Below, piece by piece: positions 1-9,921 of a stretch of 64,000 nt of DNA (positions are counted from its first letter, which is position 1; every line of letters begins with the position of its first letter). The translations under genes and the position numbers were made by a program. The stretch lies in IMG/VR virus record IMGVR_UViG_3300049215_000771, positions 310,001 through 374,000 of that record; one strand, 5' to 3'. The notes under the pieces are model-generated. The model did no database searches and had not been told where the DNA came from. It worked only from the letters and a program-made list of their open reading frames with translations.

Positions 1-1
1 C

Positions 2-244
2 ATGAGTAACATCAATGAAGTTTCGCCGCCTGGCTGGGCCGGCACCGTCAAGGCCATGAAGAAACACAAGGACATCGACAATCCTTTCGCCCTTGCGTGG
101 AGCATGAAGAACAAGGGTGACACTGCGCATTATAAGGACAAGAAGAAAGGAAAACCCGAAAAGAAAACCAAATACAAGCATGAAGAAATTGAGAGGAAAA
201 CCTTCAAACAATTCCTCGAAGAAAAGGGCTGGAAGCCTCAGTAA
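2..244 (+). CDS. Lys-rich hypothetical protein (possibly 5'-truncated by window edge) with KTFKQFLEE motif
   Basis: 80-aa ORF at window start; C-terminal KTFKQFLEE resembles the T4 capsid-targeting sequence. Confidence 0.6.
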   Translation: MSNINEVSPPGWAGTVKAMKKHKDIDNPFALAWSMKNKGDTAHYKDKKKGKPEKKTKYKHEEIERKTFKQFLEEKGWKPQ

Positions 245-1287
245 CCAAAAAAATTCGTCCAGTCCGCCCCTGCCTGGTACGGGAACTGGTAGGAAATTGG
301 TTTAGCAAACTTCTTGATGAACCCGTGGACGATAACCGGGCCTTCCTTGACGTACATCTCATTCCAGTCCTTGTAGGGTTTCGGGGGACGTACAACAAAC
401 AACTTGTCCTTGTGCTTGGAAGTCGTCTGCACCAGCGACAAAGCATCACTCATGACCGTAGTTCCTACCTTTCCCGCTTTGTCACGGTCGAGACACAACA
501 CCAACCTGTAGTCCGCCAGCATGATGGCCTGCTTATCATTCATGTTCTTACCACCACACGCAGCAGCGTTCAAGTCAGAAAACGCCAGACTCATGGCGTT
601 GAACTCACCTTCGCACAAATGCACGAGTTCGCCAGCCCTGGGCCACTTGCCTCCCGGCATGTAAATGACATCACCTTTGCCGACCCCTACCTCCTTGGGC
701 GGGCCGAGGTAGCGAATCTTTGCCTGGGGAAAGATATGTCGCCCGTTCCAGTAAATCAACTTCCCGGTCCTGTCGTAATACGGGATGATGATGCGTGACT
801 TGTAGGGGTGTTCCGTGCAGATGTACAAACCCGTTGTCGGAATCTTACGCCCTTCCAGGTACTCTTCCGCCTTCTGCTTCCACCACTTATTCTTCAGTTC
901 GTCGATCAAGTAGGTGCCATAAGGCAGCAACAGATCAGGCGGGGGCGGCTCGACTTCTTCGGGTTGTTGTTTGGCGAAGAACTCTTCCAGGGCCACTTCC
1001 AGGTCACGAACTGTTGGCTCGCCCTTCAAAATGGCGAGAGCGTCTTCACGGTCGCAGTGGTCGATGAGTTGGACGAAGTTGATGAGGCTGCCCTTGCGGT
1101 CAGTCTTGAAGCAGTGGAATACCCCATACTTGCGGCGTTTCTTTCCACCAACAGGTGACAACCATAGATGATGGCCGTCATCGTCCGGCTCGAAGATGCT
1201 GTTGATGCGGATTTCCGTACCTTTCACGATCACGTCGTCGAAGCGTCGTTCTACCCAGCGTCGGAATCGGTCGAAATCTACAGCCAT
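238..1287 (-). CDS. DNA primase (DnaG/TOPRIM)
   Basis: RIIIPYYDRTGKLIYWNGR, TOPRIM CEGEFNAMSL and LCLDRDKAG motifs; start moved to MAVDF (ATG 1287). Confidence 0.88.
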   Translation of the reverse strand: MAVDFDRFRRWVERRFDDVIVKGTEIRINSIFEPDDDGHHLWLSPVGGKKRRKYGVFHCFKTDRKGSLINFVQLIDHCDREDALAILKGEPTVRDLEVALEEFFAKQQPEEVEPPPPDLLLPYGTYLIDELKNKWWKQKAEEYLEGRKIPTTGLYICTEHPYKSRIIIPYYDRTGKLIYWNGRHIFPQAKIRYLGPPKEVGVGKGDVIYMPGGKWPRAGELVHLCEGEFNAMSLAFSDLNAAACGGKNMNDKQAIMLADYRLVLCLDRDKAGKVGTTVMSDALSLVQTTSKHKDKLFVVRPPKPYKDWNEMYVKEGPVIVHGFIKKFAKPISYQFPYQAGADWTNFFGY

Positions 1288-1362
1288 GCTCTGTTCTATA
1301 TATTGGACTGGCTTATCATTGAATATCGGGTTAAAATACCCAACGATATTGGAGACTACACA

Positions 1363-2124
1363 ATGGACATCGAACACATCAGCGTATCACGAAAACAAAC
1401 CTGGGACACCTGCCAGCAACAATATAAATACCGTTACCATTTGAAGATGTACCCGGAAGGCCCACAACCCATCTACCTTTCCTACGGAAAAACCGTCCAC
1501 AAGGTCGCCGAGGAATACGTCCGGGCACAGGGCAAACGCAAAATCGAGGATATTGCCAAGGACGTTCTCTCCGGGCATATTCTACTCGAACATGGCGTTG
1601 CTGCACCACCCCTGGATCGGGAATACAAGAAAAAATTCCCGCAGCACTGCCGGCATATCAAAGAACTGACCGACAAGATCGGCTACGACGGCGAACTGGA
1701 GTACCAGTTCCACTACGACCTGGACCCGCCGCACGGACGCTTCGTCACAGGCTTCATCGACCGTCTCATCGTCCGGGGCGACAAGTATTTCATCCTCGAC
1801 TACAAGACCACCAAGAAAGGCTTCTGGCGCAAGAACTCAAACACCATCAAGAAAGACCTCCAGTTGGCTGCTTACGGTCGGGTTGTACAACGCACATTCA
1901 ATGCGAAGGCTGAAAACATCCGGGCAGCCTTGTTCTATCTGGAAGGAAACGAACTCGTGTCGGTTCGTTTCAACGACGAGATGTTGTTGAAGGCCGAGCA
2001 GGAGTTGTTGCAGGCGCACATCGACATTTCTACAACCAGCCCTGACGACGCCTATGGGCGAGTTGGCGATCACTGCCGCCGTTGTGATTACCGGCAGGTT
2101 TGTCCTTTTTATTCACTGACATGA
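1363..2124 (+). CDS. PD-(D/E)XK RecB/Cas4-like exonuclease
   Basis: SVSR..TWDTC, YGKTVH, GFIDRL, ILDYKT, QLAAY, C-terminal CRRCDYRQVC; GGAGA RBS before ATG 1363. Confidence 0.88.
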   Translation: MDIEHISVSRKQTWDTCQQQYKYRYHLKMYPEGPQPIYLSYGKTVHKVAEEYVRAQGKRKIEDIAKDVLSGHILLEHGVAAPPLDREYKKKFPQHCRHIKELTDKIGYDGELEYQFHYDLDPPHGRFVTGFIDRLIVRGDKYFILDYKTTKKGFWRKNSNTIKKDLQLAAYGRVVQRTFNAKAENIRAALFYLEGNELVSVRFNDEMLLKAEQELLQAHIDISTTSPDDAYGRVGDHCRRCDYRQVCPFYSLT

Positions 2125-2696
2125 TTCGTTGCATAGAAGACTTGAAGCGTCCGCCTCGTGTTGGCACGAAGTACAAAGTGCCATGCGTGTTCGGTAAAAT
2201 CGCCAACATTGGCCCGCATTCCATTCCTCCTGATTGGTGGCCGGTACTTCGTCCGTCCCATCAGGACAGTAAATATGCCCCACGCCATCGCACTGTTTGG
2301 AAGAAAACGGATTGCGGCTACGACGGAGTTGACGAAGTTTACTACGAAGACGATCCAACGACACCCCACCACATGCACGTCGATCCGAGGTTCACCCCGG
2401 AATCAATGTACACACCCTGGGAAATCCACAACCGAAGCTGGCACTCGACCATTGTGGCCGAGTCAGACCTGGAGTGGCGGGTGTTGGTATGTGTCCGCAA
2501 AATGCCGATCCAAAGGCTATTCACTGGTTTTGGCCAACTTTTCATTGAAGATCACAAAGATAAATTCATCAAGTGTGGTCGCTGTCCGCACAAGGGGACT
2601 TTGCTGACATCGTGTCCAAGTGAGCGGGGTGTTGTAACCTGCCCCGCTCACGGACTACGATTCAACAAGAAAACTGGTGCCTGCCTAACAACTTAA
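2100..2696 (-). CDS. Protein with C-terminal Rieske [2Fe-2S]-like domain
   Basis: CPHKG-x13-CPAHGLRFNKKTGAC matches the Rieske CxH...CxxH boxes; N-terminal domain unknown (HHMHVD). Confidence 0.7.
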
Positions 2697-3649
2697 CGCC
2701 CTCCAGGTAGCGGAATGTAGTTTTGTGGAAACTGTTGTGGAGGCCCATTGCGGTTGATGATGGGAAGTTGCCGGGCAGCAGACCCCATGAAGGGCGGTTG
2801 GTTCAGAAGGAACTCATACCCCCGCTGCTGTCGCCAATACTCATGGATGACGTTGATTGGTGTGAAGTAACCAATTCCACTACCATCAATTCTGGATGTT
2901 CCCCAGCAGGTTCCGATGTAGTAGCCATCATCCGTCATCAATCCGCCCCCGGATCGTCCTGGGCGTGGGCTGTTGTACTTCGTAATCAAGTCCTTGCCTT
3001 CCGGCCCGACAATCTCCACGTCATAATGGGCCACTTCCCGCCCGCCATCACATCCACACGAATGCTGATGTGAACCAGGAGGAATCTGGTAACTCAAAGG
3101 GGCAATAGGGTAGTACGTCGGCACCCAATCTGGCTGGAAAGTAATCAAGCCCGTGTCACAGCCGCTCCTGTGACTGTAGAAAATGACCTTGGCCGGGTAC
3201 TCCTTCGTCGAGTCCAGCTTCTTCTCATTCTGATACCAGGTGATGACTTTGCACGTCATGTTTTTTCTTTCTCCTTCTTCGGCGGACATCGCCCCGTTAT
3301 TCCACAAGTGGCCGCAAGTGGCAACATAGGCAATGTTTCTGGAGGAGTCGTAGTAGCAAATCGTACCGGAACCAGAAGCTCCAGTCACGGAGATTTTCAC
3401 GGAGGCGCAAAGCCAGCGCCTGAACTCTTCCCCACGTTGTTCAACAGGTGGCGCTTGGTTGGAAACCAGTTCGCCGTAACCGCCGCCAATAATAGGCATA
3501 TTGTCCAGCGGATCAGTCCCGATGATGTGACGTTCGGAAAGTTGGATAAGTTGGTGGGTTTCTCGCTGTTGGGTGGGTGTTCCTACACTTAGAATCAAAC
3601 CTGTAGCAATAACAAACAGTGCGAGAAGGACTAAGGAAAATCTGCGCAT
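2693..3649 (-). CDS. Membrane-anchored/secreted trypsin-like serine protease (S1)
   Basis: Hydrophobic N-terminus; ATCGH (His), DTGLI (Asp), PGRSGGGL (Ser). Confidence 0.8.
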   Translation of the reverse strand: MRRFSLVLLALFVIATGLILSVGTPTQQRETHQLIQLSERHIIGTDPLDNMPIIGGGYGELVSNQAPPVEQRGEEFRRWLCASVKISVTGASGSGTICYYDSSRNIAYVATCGHLWNNGAMSAEEGERKNMTCKVITWYQNEKKLDSTKEYPAKVIFYSHRSGCDTGLITFQPDWVPTYYPIAPLSYQIPPGSHQHSCGCDGGREVAHYDVEIVGPEGKDLITKYNSPRPGRSGGGLMTDDGYYIGTCWGTSRIDGSGIGYFTPINVIHEYWRQQRGYEFLLNQPPFMGSAARQLPIINRNGPPQQFPQNYIPLPGGR

Positions 3650-3690
3650 TTCACTCCTTTGGGCATGGTCGTCCTGGGAGTATATATTGC

Positions 3691-3999
3691 TCAGAAGGGT
3701 ATCTTGCCCCTACAGATGTCGTAGAGCATCATCCAATCAGAAAGTTTCGCCATCCAGGGATTGCGAAACGCCGCTGGTTTGTTATGCTCAAATATGAAGT
3801 GTCCAGTCCAGGCGAATGGGTACACAATGAAGGGCATGAACACCAACAGTACCAGGAACCACCAGCTTGAAACAACACACAAAGTCAGAACGAGTCCGAG
3901 GTACAATAGAGTGGCAATTTGCCCCAGGACATGCAGACGACGACACCACTTGTTCTGGTGTAAACTCAAATAGTGTTGATAGTAGTCGTTGAATTTCAT
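3691..3999 (-). CDS. DUF962/Mpo1-like membrane protein
   Basis: YLSLHQNKWCRRLHVLG, hydrophobic helix, AWTGHFIFEHNKPA. Confidence 0.8.
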   Translation of the reverse strand: MKFNDYYQHYLSLHQNKWCRRLHVLGQIATLLYLGLVLTLCVVSSWWFLVLLVFMPFIVYPFAWTGHFIFEHNKPAAFRNPWMAKLSDWMMLYDICRGKIPF

Positions 4000-4019
4000 G
4001 ATGGTATATAGGAGGAAAT

Positions 4020-4502
4020 ATGCTCACTCTTGTCGTATCTCACGTCATCGGACTTACCAGGGAGCAACGGTATGATCTTCACGCCGGCAAACCCGTCGAT
4101 GTCGTTGGCGTCAGTGTGCCAGTTTGGTTCGAGAAAGGCAGCACTTCCGAGCCGGCCAACGAAGTGTTTGTCAACTACAAGCTAACGAACAAGAAAGAAT
4201 CATTCCCGATTAAGATGACCAAGTGTGGCTTCGAGATCAACATCCCCCAGGCCAACCCGGAAGCCGAGGCTGAGATCAAACAACTGCCCAAAGACGCCCT
4301 AGAAATTGTAGGGGTAAACACCAATTTTCCAAACTCTACAAACCTGCTCGATCTCAAGGACGGCGGGTCTGAGTTTCTGCAATTCCGTCAATATGCAAAA
4401 ACCAATTTGATTGCAGACGGGCAAGTAACTCGCAAACCTTTGAACATTGTTCATTGCGTCGAGATCAGGCCAATCGAAGATGTGATTCAGACGTTAAGTT
4501 AG
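4020..4502 (+). CDS. Hypothetical protein
   Basis: GGAGG RBS and TATATAG motif upstream. Confidence 0.65.
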   Translation: MLTLVVSHVIGLTREQRYDLHAGKPVDVVGVSVPVWFEKGSTSEPANEVFVNYKLTNKKESFPIKMTKCGFEINIPQANPEAEAEIKQLPKDALEIVGVNTNFPNSTNLLDLKDGGSEFLQFRQYAKTNLIADGQVTRKPLNIVHCVEIRPIEDVIQTLS

Positions 4503-5003
4503 TGGGGCATCTCGAAGCGACAAAGACATGCGCATGTTGATGCTGTCACCTGAGTTGAGTGTGACTTCTTGGGACAAAATAACGCTGGCAAGCAACACGC
4601 CTGAGTTATCGCTGGTTGTTGTCATGAACAAATTATTCACTGGCCCCCATGACCCACCATTCGCCTGGAAGGTAATAATGCTGCCAATGGCCTGGTAGAT
4701 GTTGGTTTCATTGATTGTAACTTGTTGAATGTTCCAGCCAGAACTACTGCTCACTTGTTGTCGCAAGTAACCATTGGCAGTGGGTTCATCAACCAGGCTT
4801 TCCATCGTGTCATCGACGGTGATGGTCCCTCGATTATCGAGGCCCATGAAATAGTTGGCGGGCGGCGTGACCCCACCGAAAAGAACACTCAGGAAATACT
4901 GCTCGGCGAGTGTGTGCAGGGTGTTGTAGAGATTTTTATCCTCCCAAATCACTTTCCCATCTCGAATATGCTGTATCTCAATGACTTTCAGGAGATGCTT
5001 CAT
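4494..5003 (-). CDS. Putative virion structural (tail fibre/baseplate-type beta) protein
   Basis: EPTANGYLRQ...ITFQANGGSWG...VTLNSGDS resembles phage tail-associated domains; T/S/N-rich. Confidence 0.5.
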   Translation of the reverse strand: MKHLLKVIEIQHIRDGKVIWEDKNLYNTLHTLAEQYFLSVLFGGVTPPANYFMGLDNRGTITVDDTMESLVDEPTANGYLRQQVSSSSGWNIQQVTINETNIYQAIGSIITFQANGGSWGPVNNLFMTTTSDNSGVLLASVILSQEVTLNSGDSINMRMSLSLRDAPLT

Positions 5004-5569
5004 TTTGCCCCTATCTTGATCTTGGTTCTGGTGCCTGTTTTCGAGGAAAAGATAAGTTCGGCGGGGCTGAAAGTCTCTCCTTTGAACACTTCTTCGCCGA
5101 CGAACTTATCTGCTTTGCCTTTCTTCACATAAGCGATGGTGACGTGTGGGATGTAGGACGGATAAGCATCGGTAGCCGGCAAGTTGTTGCTCAAAGTCTT
5201 GTGCAGTTTGTGCAACATCTCGCTTTCTACTTCAATCTTCAACACATCAAACTTGTCATTTGACGTGAACAAGGACATCCTCCCAAGCACCACTTCGCCA
5301 GTTCGCTCGTTGTGAAGCACCTTCTCGACCGGGCGATGATCGGAAGAATGCAGCCCATATAACACAGTAATGTGCGGTTCTTCTTCACGACCGAAGGTTG
5401 GGTCGTCCGGGTTTGTGTACAACATGGAATCAGGAACGTGATGGTCGCTCCATTCCAGGATGTTTTGGGCCAATTTATCTGGCAAGTTTACTTGTGTCGA
5501 TGAGTATTGGTATATTACATCATATCCATCAACCAAAAATTGCCTGAATGTTGTCGTCTTCCCCCTCAT
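5000..5569 (-). CDS. 2H phosphoesterase (2'-5' RNA ligase fold; Acb1/T4 gp57B-like)
   Basis: Two HxT motifs: EPHITVLY and YIPHVTIAY. Confidence 0.8.
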   Translation of the reverse strand: MRGKTTTFRQFLVDGYDVIYQYSSTQVNLPDKLAQNILEWSDHHVPDSMLYTNPDDPTFGREEEPHITVLYGLHSSDHRPVEKVLHNERTGEVVLGRMSLFTSNDKFDVLKIEVESEMLHKLHKTLSNNLPATDAYPSYIPHVTIAYVKKGKADKFVGEEVFKGETFSPAELIFSSKTGTRTKIKIGAK

Positions 5570-5885
5570 ATTCGGAGTTCTTTCTTCTTCGCTGGTGAAT
5601 TTCTTCGATTTTCTTTTTCTCCACAGCGATCATCTCGTCGATCAAGTCGATGGTTTGTTTGACAGCGAAGGGGTTGACAACCTGACCATTGATAACCGGC
5701 CAGTTGTTGGTTTGTGCCGGTTGTTTCTGCCATTGTTCACGCCGCTCACGCTTTGTTTCAATCCGCTCCAGTCGTTCGAGAGCCGCCCGGATTTGAGCCT
5801 TGACTTCCGCCAAGGCGAAATCTTCTGGTACGTTTCTATAAGCCTGCGACAACAGGCTTTTTACTTCTTGTGTGTTATGCTTCAT
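5529..5885 (-). CDS. Hypothetical coiled-coil protein
   Basis: Coupled ORF in the minus-strand operon downstream of terminase. Confidence 0.6.
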   Translation of the reverse strand: MKHNTQEVKSLLSQAYRNVPEDFALAEVKAQIRAALERLERIETKRERREQWQKQPAQTNNWPVINGQVVNPFAVKQTIDLIDEMIAVEKKKIEEIHQRRRKNSEYEGEDDNIQAIFG

Positions 5886-6829
5886 TATTCTGCCTTTCTA
5901 AACAGATCGAGCCAACGGATAGGTGCCTCGCTGATCTCGCTCATTAGTTTGTTGTTTTTCAACTTAACCCGCCACACATCCATTCCCGGCGAGTCGGGAG
6001 CCTCCTCCCGCAATACCGACCCAACAGGCAAAGAAGACTCAATGCCCAGGGCGATCTCACGCTTCACCTGCTCAAACCTGTGACGATCTTTGGGATGCGC
6101 CACAACGTACAAGACCTGAAACGCTGATCTTGGTTTCGTTCCCTGGAGAGAACGAACCAACTGCGTGTAATCTTCTTGAACACTCATCGGAAATCCATCT
6201 ACATCCTGAATATCGTACAATTCCAAACCTGTAGGTTTGGTATTGTTGCACATGAAAGTCATGGATGGTGGTTGCCCAACAAGCACCTGGCCCTCATTAG
6301 ATACCCAGGAAGCATCCGGCATGAGAGCCTGGAAAATTACACTACTGCCGTTCCATTTGTGGACCCGGCCAATAGCCCGTTCGATAAGTTCCACCATCTT
6401 CGCTGCATTCTTCTGAGTTTCAGCAAGAATTGACTCTACAACTCGGTTGGCGGTTTCTTTGGAGAATTGAATCTCCTTGCCGTAGAGGTAACTGCGGCAC
6501 TCGAACAAACCATTCTCGATCACCCCGACTATATCGGGGTCTTTTCCTCTCGCCCAGGCAGTGAACTGCTCGTGCGCCCGCCTAATTTTGGCCGGATCAC
6601 GGGCAGCCACAGCCATGAGCATTTCTTCCATTCTCGGATACGTCAGCTTGACCAAATTCGGGCGCAAGTCTAGTATCTCGGCCAAGTGCGTAAGGAAACA
6701 TTCACCCCGCTTGAGTGGATCAAGCAAAGTGTCATAAACATCACGCTCCAGCGACTCCTTGTAGTGATCCAAGGAGAGTTCGACGGCTGGACGCTTCTTA
6801 GATTCCAGATACTTGGCAAACGACGACAT
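5885..6829 (-). CDS. Hypothetical protein (MSSFAKYLES leader)
   Basis: ORF directly after the terminase stop; start at ATG 6829. Confidence 0.65.
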   Translation of the reverse strand: MSSFAKYLESKKRPAVELSLDHYKESLERDVYDTLLDPLKRGECFLTHLAEILDLRPNLVKLTYPRMEEMLMAVAARDPAKIRRAHEQFTAWARGKDPDIVGVIENGLFECRSYLYGKEIQFSKETANRVVESILAETQKNAAKMVELIERAIGRVHKWNGSSVIFQALMPDASWVSNEGQVLVGQPPSMTFMCNNTKPTGLELYDIQDVDGFPMSVQEDYTQLVRSLQGTKPRSAFQVLYVVAHPKDRHRFEQVKREIALGIESSLPVGSVLREEAPDSPGMDVWRVKLKNNKLMSEISEAPIRWLDLFRKAE

Positions 6830-6830
6830 A

Positions 6831-8711
6831 TCACCACCCAAATTCTTTGAGGAGTTTGTCGTATCTACGCTGGACTCCGAACATTACTGCTGGCATGATA
6901 CTATCCTTGCCGGGAGCCAAGATGTCTACGTTTTCCTCATCAGTAAGCAAATCTTCCGGCTTGCCTTCCATCAACTCCCGCTTGATTTCTTCGTACAAGT
7001 CCGTTTTGAATGTGTTTGTCAGTTCCTTGGGGACATCGGCACCCATTGGGATATTGCGAACGAGAGCATCACGCACATACAAAGCCATACACATCGCCAT
7101 GATAGCGTCATCGTGCTGGCCCTTCTGCGCCTCAGCTTTCTTCGTCACCGGGTTGTACTCGAACGTGTGCAACTCAGTTACAAACCGGAAGCTGTTGACA
7201 CGCATCGTGTTGTCAATCAAGCGATTCTGAAGTGCCTGAAGATACAAAGGTCGATTTGTGCTGTTCAGCTTGATGCCAGGTTTTGTAGCTGCTATACCTT
7301 TCGTTCCCTCATAGTGCAAGTTGTCGTAGAACAACGTGTGCTGGAGGTAATTCAACACGGACCCGCCTGGACCCATGTTTTCAACAACCACCAAGGCGTT
7401 GTTGTAGTAGATCGCCACTTCGTTCAGAACTTGAGCAAAAATGTGTGGCGGAATGGTGTTGGAGTAAAATTCGGCAACCTGTTCCAAAGTTGCTGTGTTG
7501 AGAACCTGGAACACGGAATTGTCGTTGTTCTCGCATTGACCTTCGGCCACGTCCACACCGATGATGTACTCCTGGCCGTCTTCTGGTTCCTTCCAAAGCC
7601 AAAGGGCACCCTTGTTGTGTTCATCCTCGATCTGCGACACACGCCCGGCCCGGTTACACCACTTGGAGAACATCTTGCGTGTCGGGTAGTTGTTCATCGT
7701 CTGCTCATGCAGGCGACGGATGACGTTTTCTTTGAAGTAGGTGTCACCAGAACCCAGGAACTCACGCAAAACTTCCTGGAGCAGACCCTTCTCGCCAAGT
7801 TGTTTCTTCTGATCGTCGAACCATTCCTCGTTGTTGTAATCCGGGTGTTCCCAATAGTCCAAGTCAATGACGTGGAACTTGTTACGTTTCTCCTTGCCGT
7901 CGATGTAGGTCTGATGATACCAGTTACCCAAACCGTTGACTGTAGAAACCAAGGTGCAACCACCACCCGTGGACAGTACCGGCCACATAGCCTTCCAGTG
8001 AGTGTCCATGTCAGGAATGAAAGCTGCTTCGTCAACGATCAGGAACGTAACAGACTTACCACGAGCAGCTTCCGGGGAGTAGAACTTCAGAGCGCCGCCT
8101 GTTTGTGTGAATACCTTCAAGTGGTCATTCCATTTGCTGTCCTTTGGTGGCTTCAGCCATTCCGGGAAGTTCTCGATGGCACGGTCGGCCATCATGCCGA
8201 TGTCTGTAGCTTCACGGTCAGTTTTGGACAGTAACATCACTTGCTGATCGGTATCGAACATGCAGCGCCATAGCCCCCACAGGAGGGTTACGGTTGTCAG
8301 ACCACCCTGACGGAACTTGGAAATGATGTTGAAACGAAAATTCTCGTAGTCATTGATGACACGCCGCTGGTATCCATACAATATGAATGGAATGAGGCCA
8401 CGCAGGGGGTGCAAAATCTTTACATACTTGTGGCAAAAATAGGCAAAGCTATTGGTGCATTTGATGATCTCCCGCTGCTGACGAACCTTGTCGTAGCTCT
8501 CGATGCTTGCCATTGGCTCGTCGGGGTCGATCTCAAGTTCGTATTTGTCAAACGTGTAGTACGGGACTAACTTGCCCGTCGCTTTGTCTGTGTAAGTCTC
8601 GTCGTACTCGCCAGCATAGTAGTCCTTGAGTGTTTTGTACTTGCTACGCCAGACTGAATCTGCTTTACTTTTGAAGAACACCTGTGGTGGTGCTTTGATT
8701 TCTTGGTCCAT
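6831..8711 (-). CDS. terL: Terminase large subunit (T4 gp17-like)
   Basis: SKFRQGGLTT (Walker A region), FLIVDEAAF (Walker B), YIIGVDVAEG and HDDAIMA nuclease motifs; AAAGGA RBS before ATG 8711. Confidence 0.95.
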   Translation of the reverse strand: MDQEIKAPPQVFFKSKADSVWRSKYKTLKDYYAGEYDETYTDKATGKLVPYYTFDKYELEIDPDEPMASIESYDKVRQQREIIKCTNSFAYFCHKYVKILHPLRGLIPFILYGYQRRVINDYENFRFNIISKFRQGGLTTVTLLWGLWRCMFDTDQQVMLLSKTDREATDIGMMADRAIENFPEWLKPPKDSKWNDHLKVFTQTGGALKFYSPEAARGKSVTFLIVDEAAFIPDMDTHWKAMWPVLSTGGGCTLVSTVNGLGNWYHQTYIDGKEKRNKFHVIDLDYWEHPDYNNEEWFDDQKKQLGEKGLLQEVLREFLGSGDTYFKENVIRRLHEQTMNNYPTRKMFSKWCNRAGRVSQIEDEHNKGALWLWKEPEDGQEYIIGVDVAEGQCENNDNSVFQVLNTATLEQVAEFYSNTIPPHIFAQVLNEVAIYYNNALVVVENMGPGGSVLNYLQHTLFYDNLHYEGTKGIAATKPGIKLNSTNRPLYLQALQNRLIDNTMRVNSFRFVTELHTFEYNPVTKKAEAQKGQHDDAIMAMCMALYVRDALVRNIPMGADVPKELTNTFKTDLYEEIKRELMEGKPEDLLTDEENVDILAPGKDSIMPAVMFGVQRRYDKLLKEFGW

Positions 8712-8775
8712 ATACCCATCCTTTCTAATTAAGGCCATAATTGGCATGGGTATATAGCCACTTTGGGAGGAAAAC

Positions 8776-9921
8776 ATGCGGAAACTCACACTCCTGGCGT
8801 TGACCCTCGCAATCCTGATCGGCGTGGTGTATGTGGCGAAAAAGCAGCCCGGCCCGCAAAAACACCAACCAATTGTTCAAAACCCCTGGCCTAAGCAGAA
8901 AGAAGAAAAGCCCCCGCAACCACCCCAGCCCAAACCAGAAATTACCTTCGAGCAAGCCATCGGCGAGATTACTGAAGCTGACTTGCTCAAACACATGAAC
9001 TACCTTTGCTCTCAGGAGAATGAAGGTAGGATGTCGGGCAAGGCCGGCAACAAAACCTGCGCTGTCTATGTTGAACAACAATTCACCGCAGCCGGCCTGA
9101 ACGTGATGCGACAGAAGTTTCCGATCTCACGAGCCAACCCCGGCCCCAAGAATGAAAATGGCGATGACTTCTCCGAAAACATCATCGCTTGGATTGACGG
9201 AAACGATCCGGCCCTGAAAAATGAAATAATGGTCGTTGGGGCGCATATGGATCACATTGGCTACGGCCCACAATGGAGTTCAGCACGGGGGCAGGGCTTG
9301 AAGATTCACCCTGGGGCAGACGACAATGCCAGCGGCACCACAGCCCTCATCGAGATTGCTCGTGCCCACGCCAAGTGCAAATCACAGGTGAAGCGAACAA
9401 CCATCTTCATGGCTTTTTCCGGCGAGGAGATGGGATTGGTTGGCAGTCGTTACTACTGTAACAATCCCGTATTTCCGAAGAACGGGCCATCCATGTCCAA
9501 GCATATTTTTATGCTCAATATGGATATGATTGGATATTTGAACAAGGGCAGGCTGATGGCCGATTGGGGCGATGCCGAGAAAGTGACGCCAGACCTGAAA
9601 GGGATCATGAACGACCTGAGCGGCAAGTACACGTTCGCAAGATCAATTACCAGCAGTGGTTCTGGCGGAAGCGACCACGCTAGTTTTGCGGCCAAGAATG
9701 TGCCCGTTTGTATTTTGCATACCGGCCAGCACCCTCAATATCATACGCCGCAAGATACGGTGGACCGTATCAATATGCCTGGCATGACGCAAGTGACCAA
9801 ATACGCAACCGAGTTGGCATGGCGTATTGGGCACGCTCCCCGTTTCGCAAGTTACTACGGTGGGGAGTTGAAGAAGTCCGAGTTCGATCACGACTCGATT
9901 CAATTTGGAGGAACGAAATGA
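8776..9921 (+). CDS. M28 family aminopeptidase, N-terminal membrane anchor + Pro-rich linker
   Basis: GAHMDH, GADDNASG, SGEEMG, NMDMIG, SDHASF, YHTPQD. Confidence 0.92.
   Translation: MRKLTLLALTLAILIGVVYVAKKQPGPQKHQPIVQNPWPKQKEEKPPQPPQPKPEITFEQAIGEITEADLLKHMNYLCSQENEGRMSGKAGNKTCAVYVEQQFTAAGLNVMRQKFPISRANPGPKNENGDDFSENIIAWIDGNDPALKNEIMVVGAHMDHIGYGPQWSSARGQGLKIHPGADDNASGTTALIEIARAHAKCKSQVKRTTIFMAFSGEEMGLVGSRYYCNNPVFPKNGPSMSKHIFMLNMDMIGYLNKGRLMADWGDAEKVTPDLKGIMNDLSGKYTFARSITSSGSGGSDHASFAAKNVPVCILHTGQHPQYHTPQDTVDRINMPGMTQVTKYATELAWRIGHAPRFASYYGGELKKSEFDHDSIQFGGTK

Noticed and set aside
6813-8234. 473-aa plus-strand ORF
   Set aside because: Antisense shadow of terL; no motifs or RBS.
8290-8330. 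Terminase Walker A lacking GKT (KFRQGGLTT)
   Set aside because: Similar variants occur in other large terminases; not evidence of inactivity.
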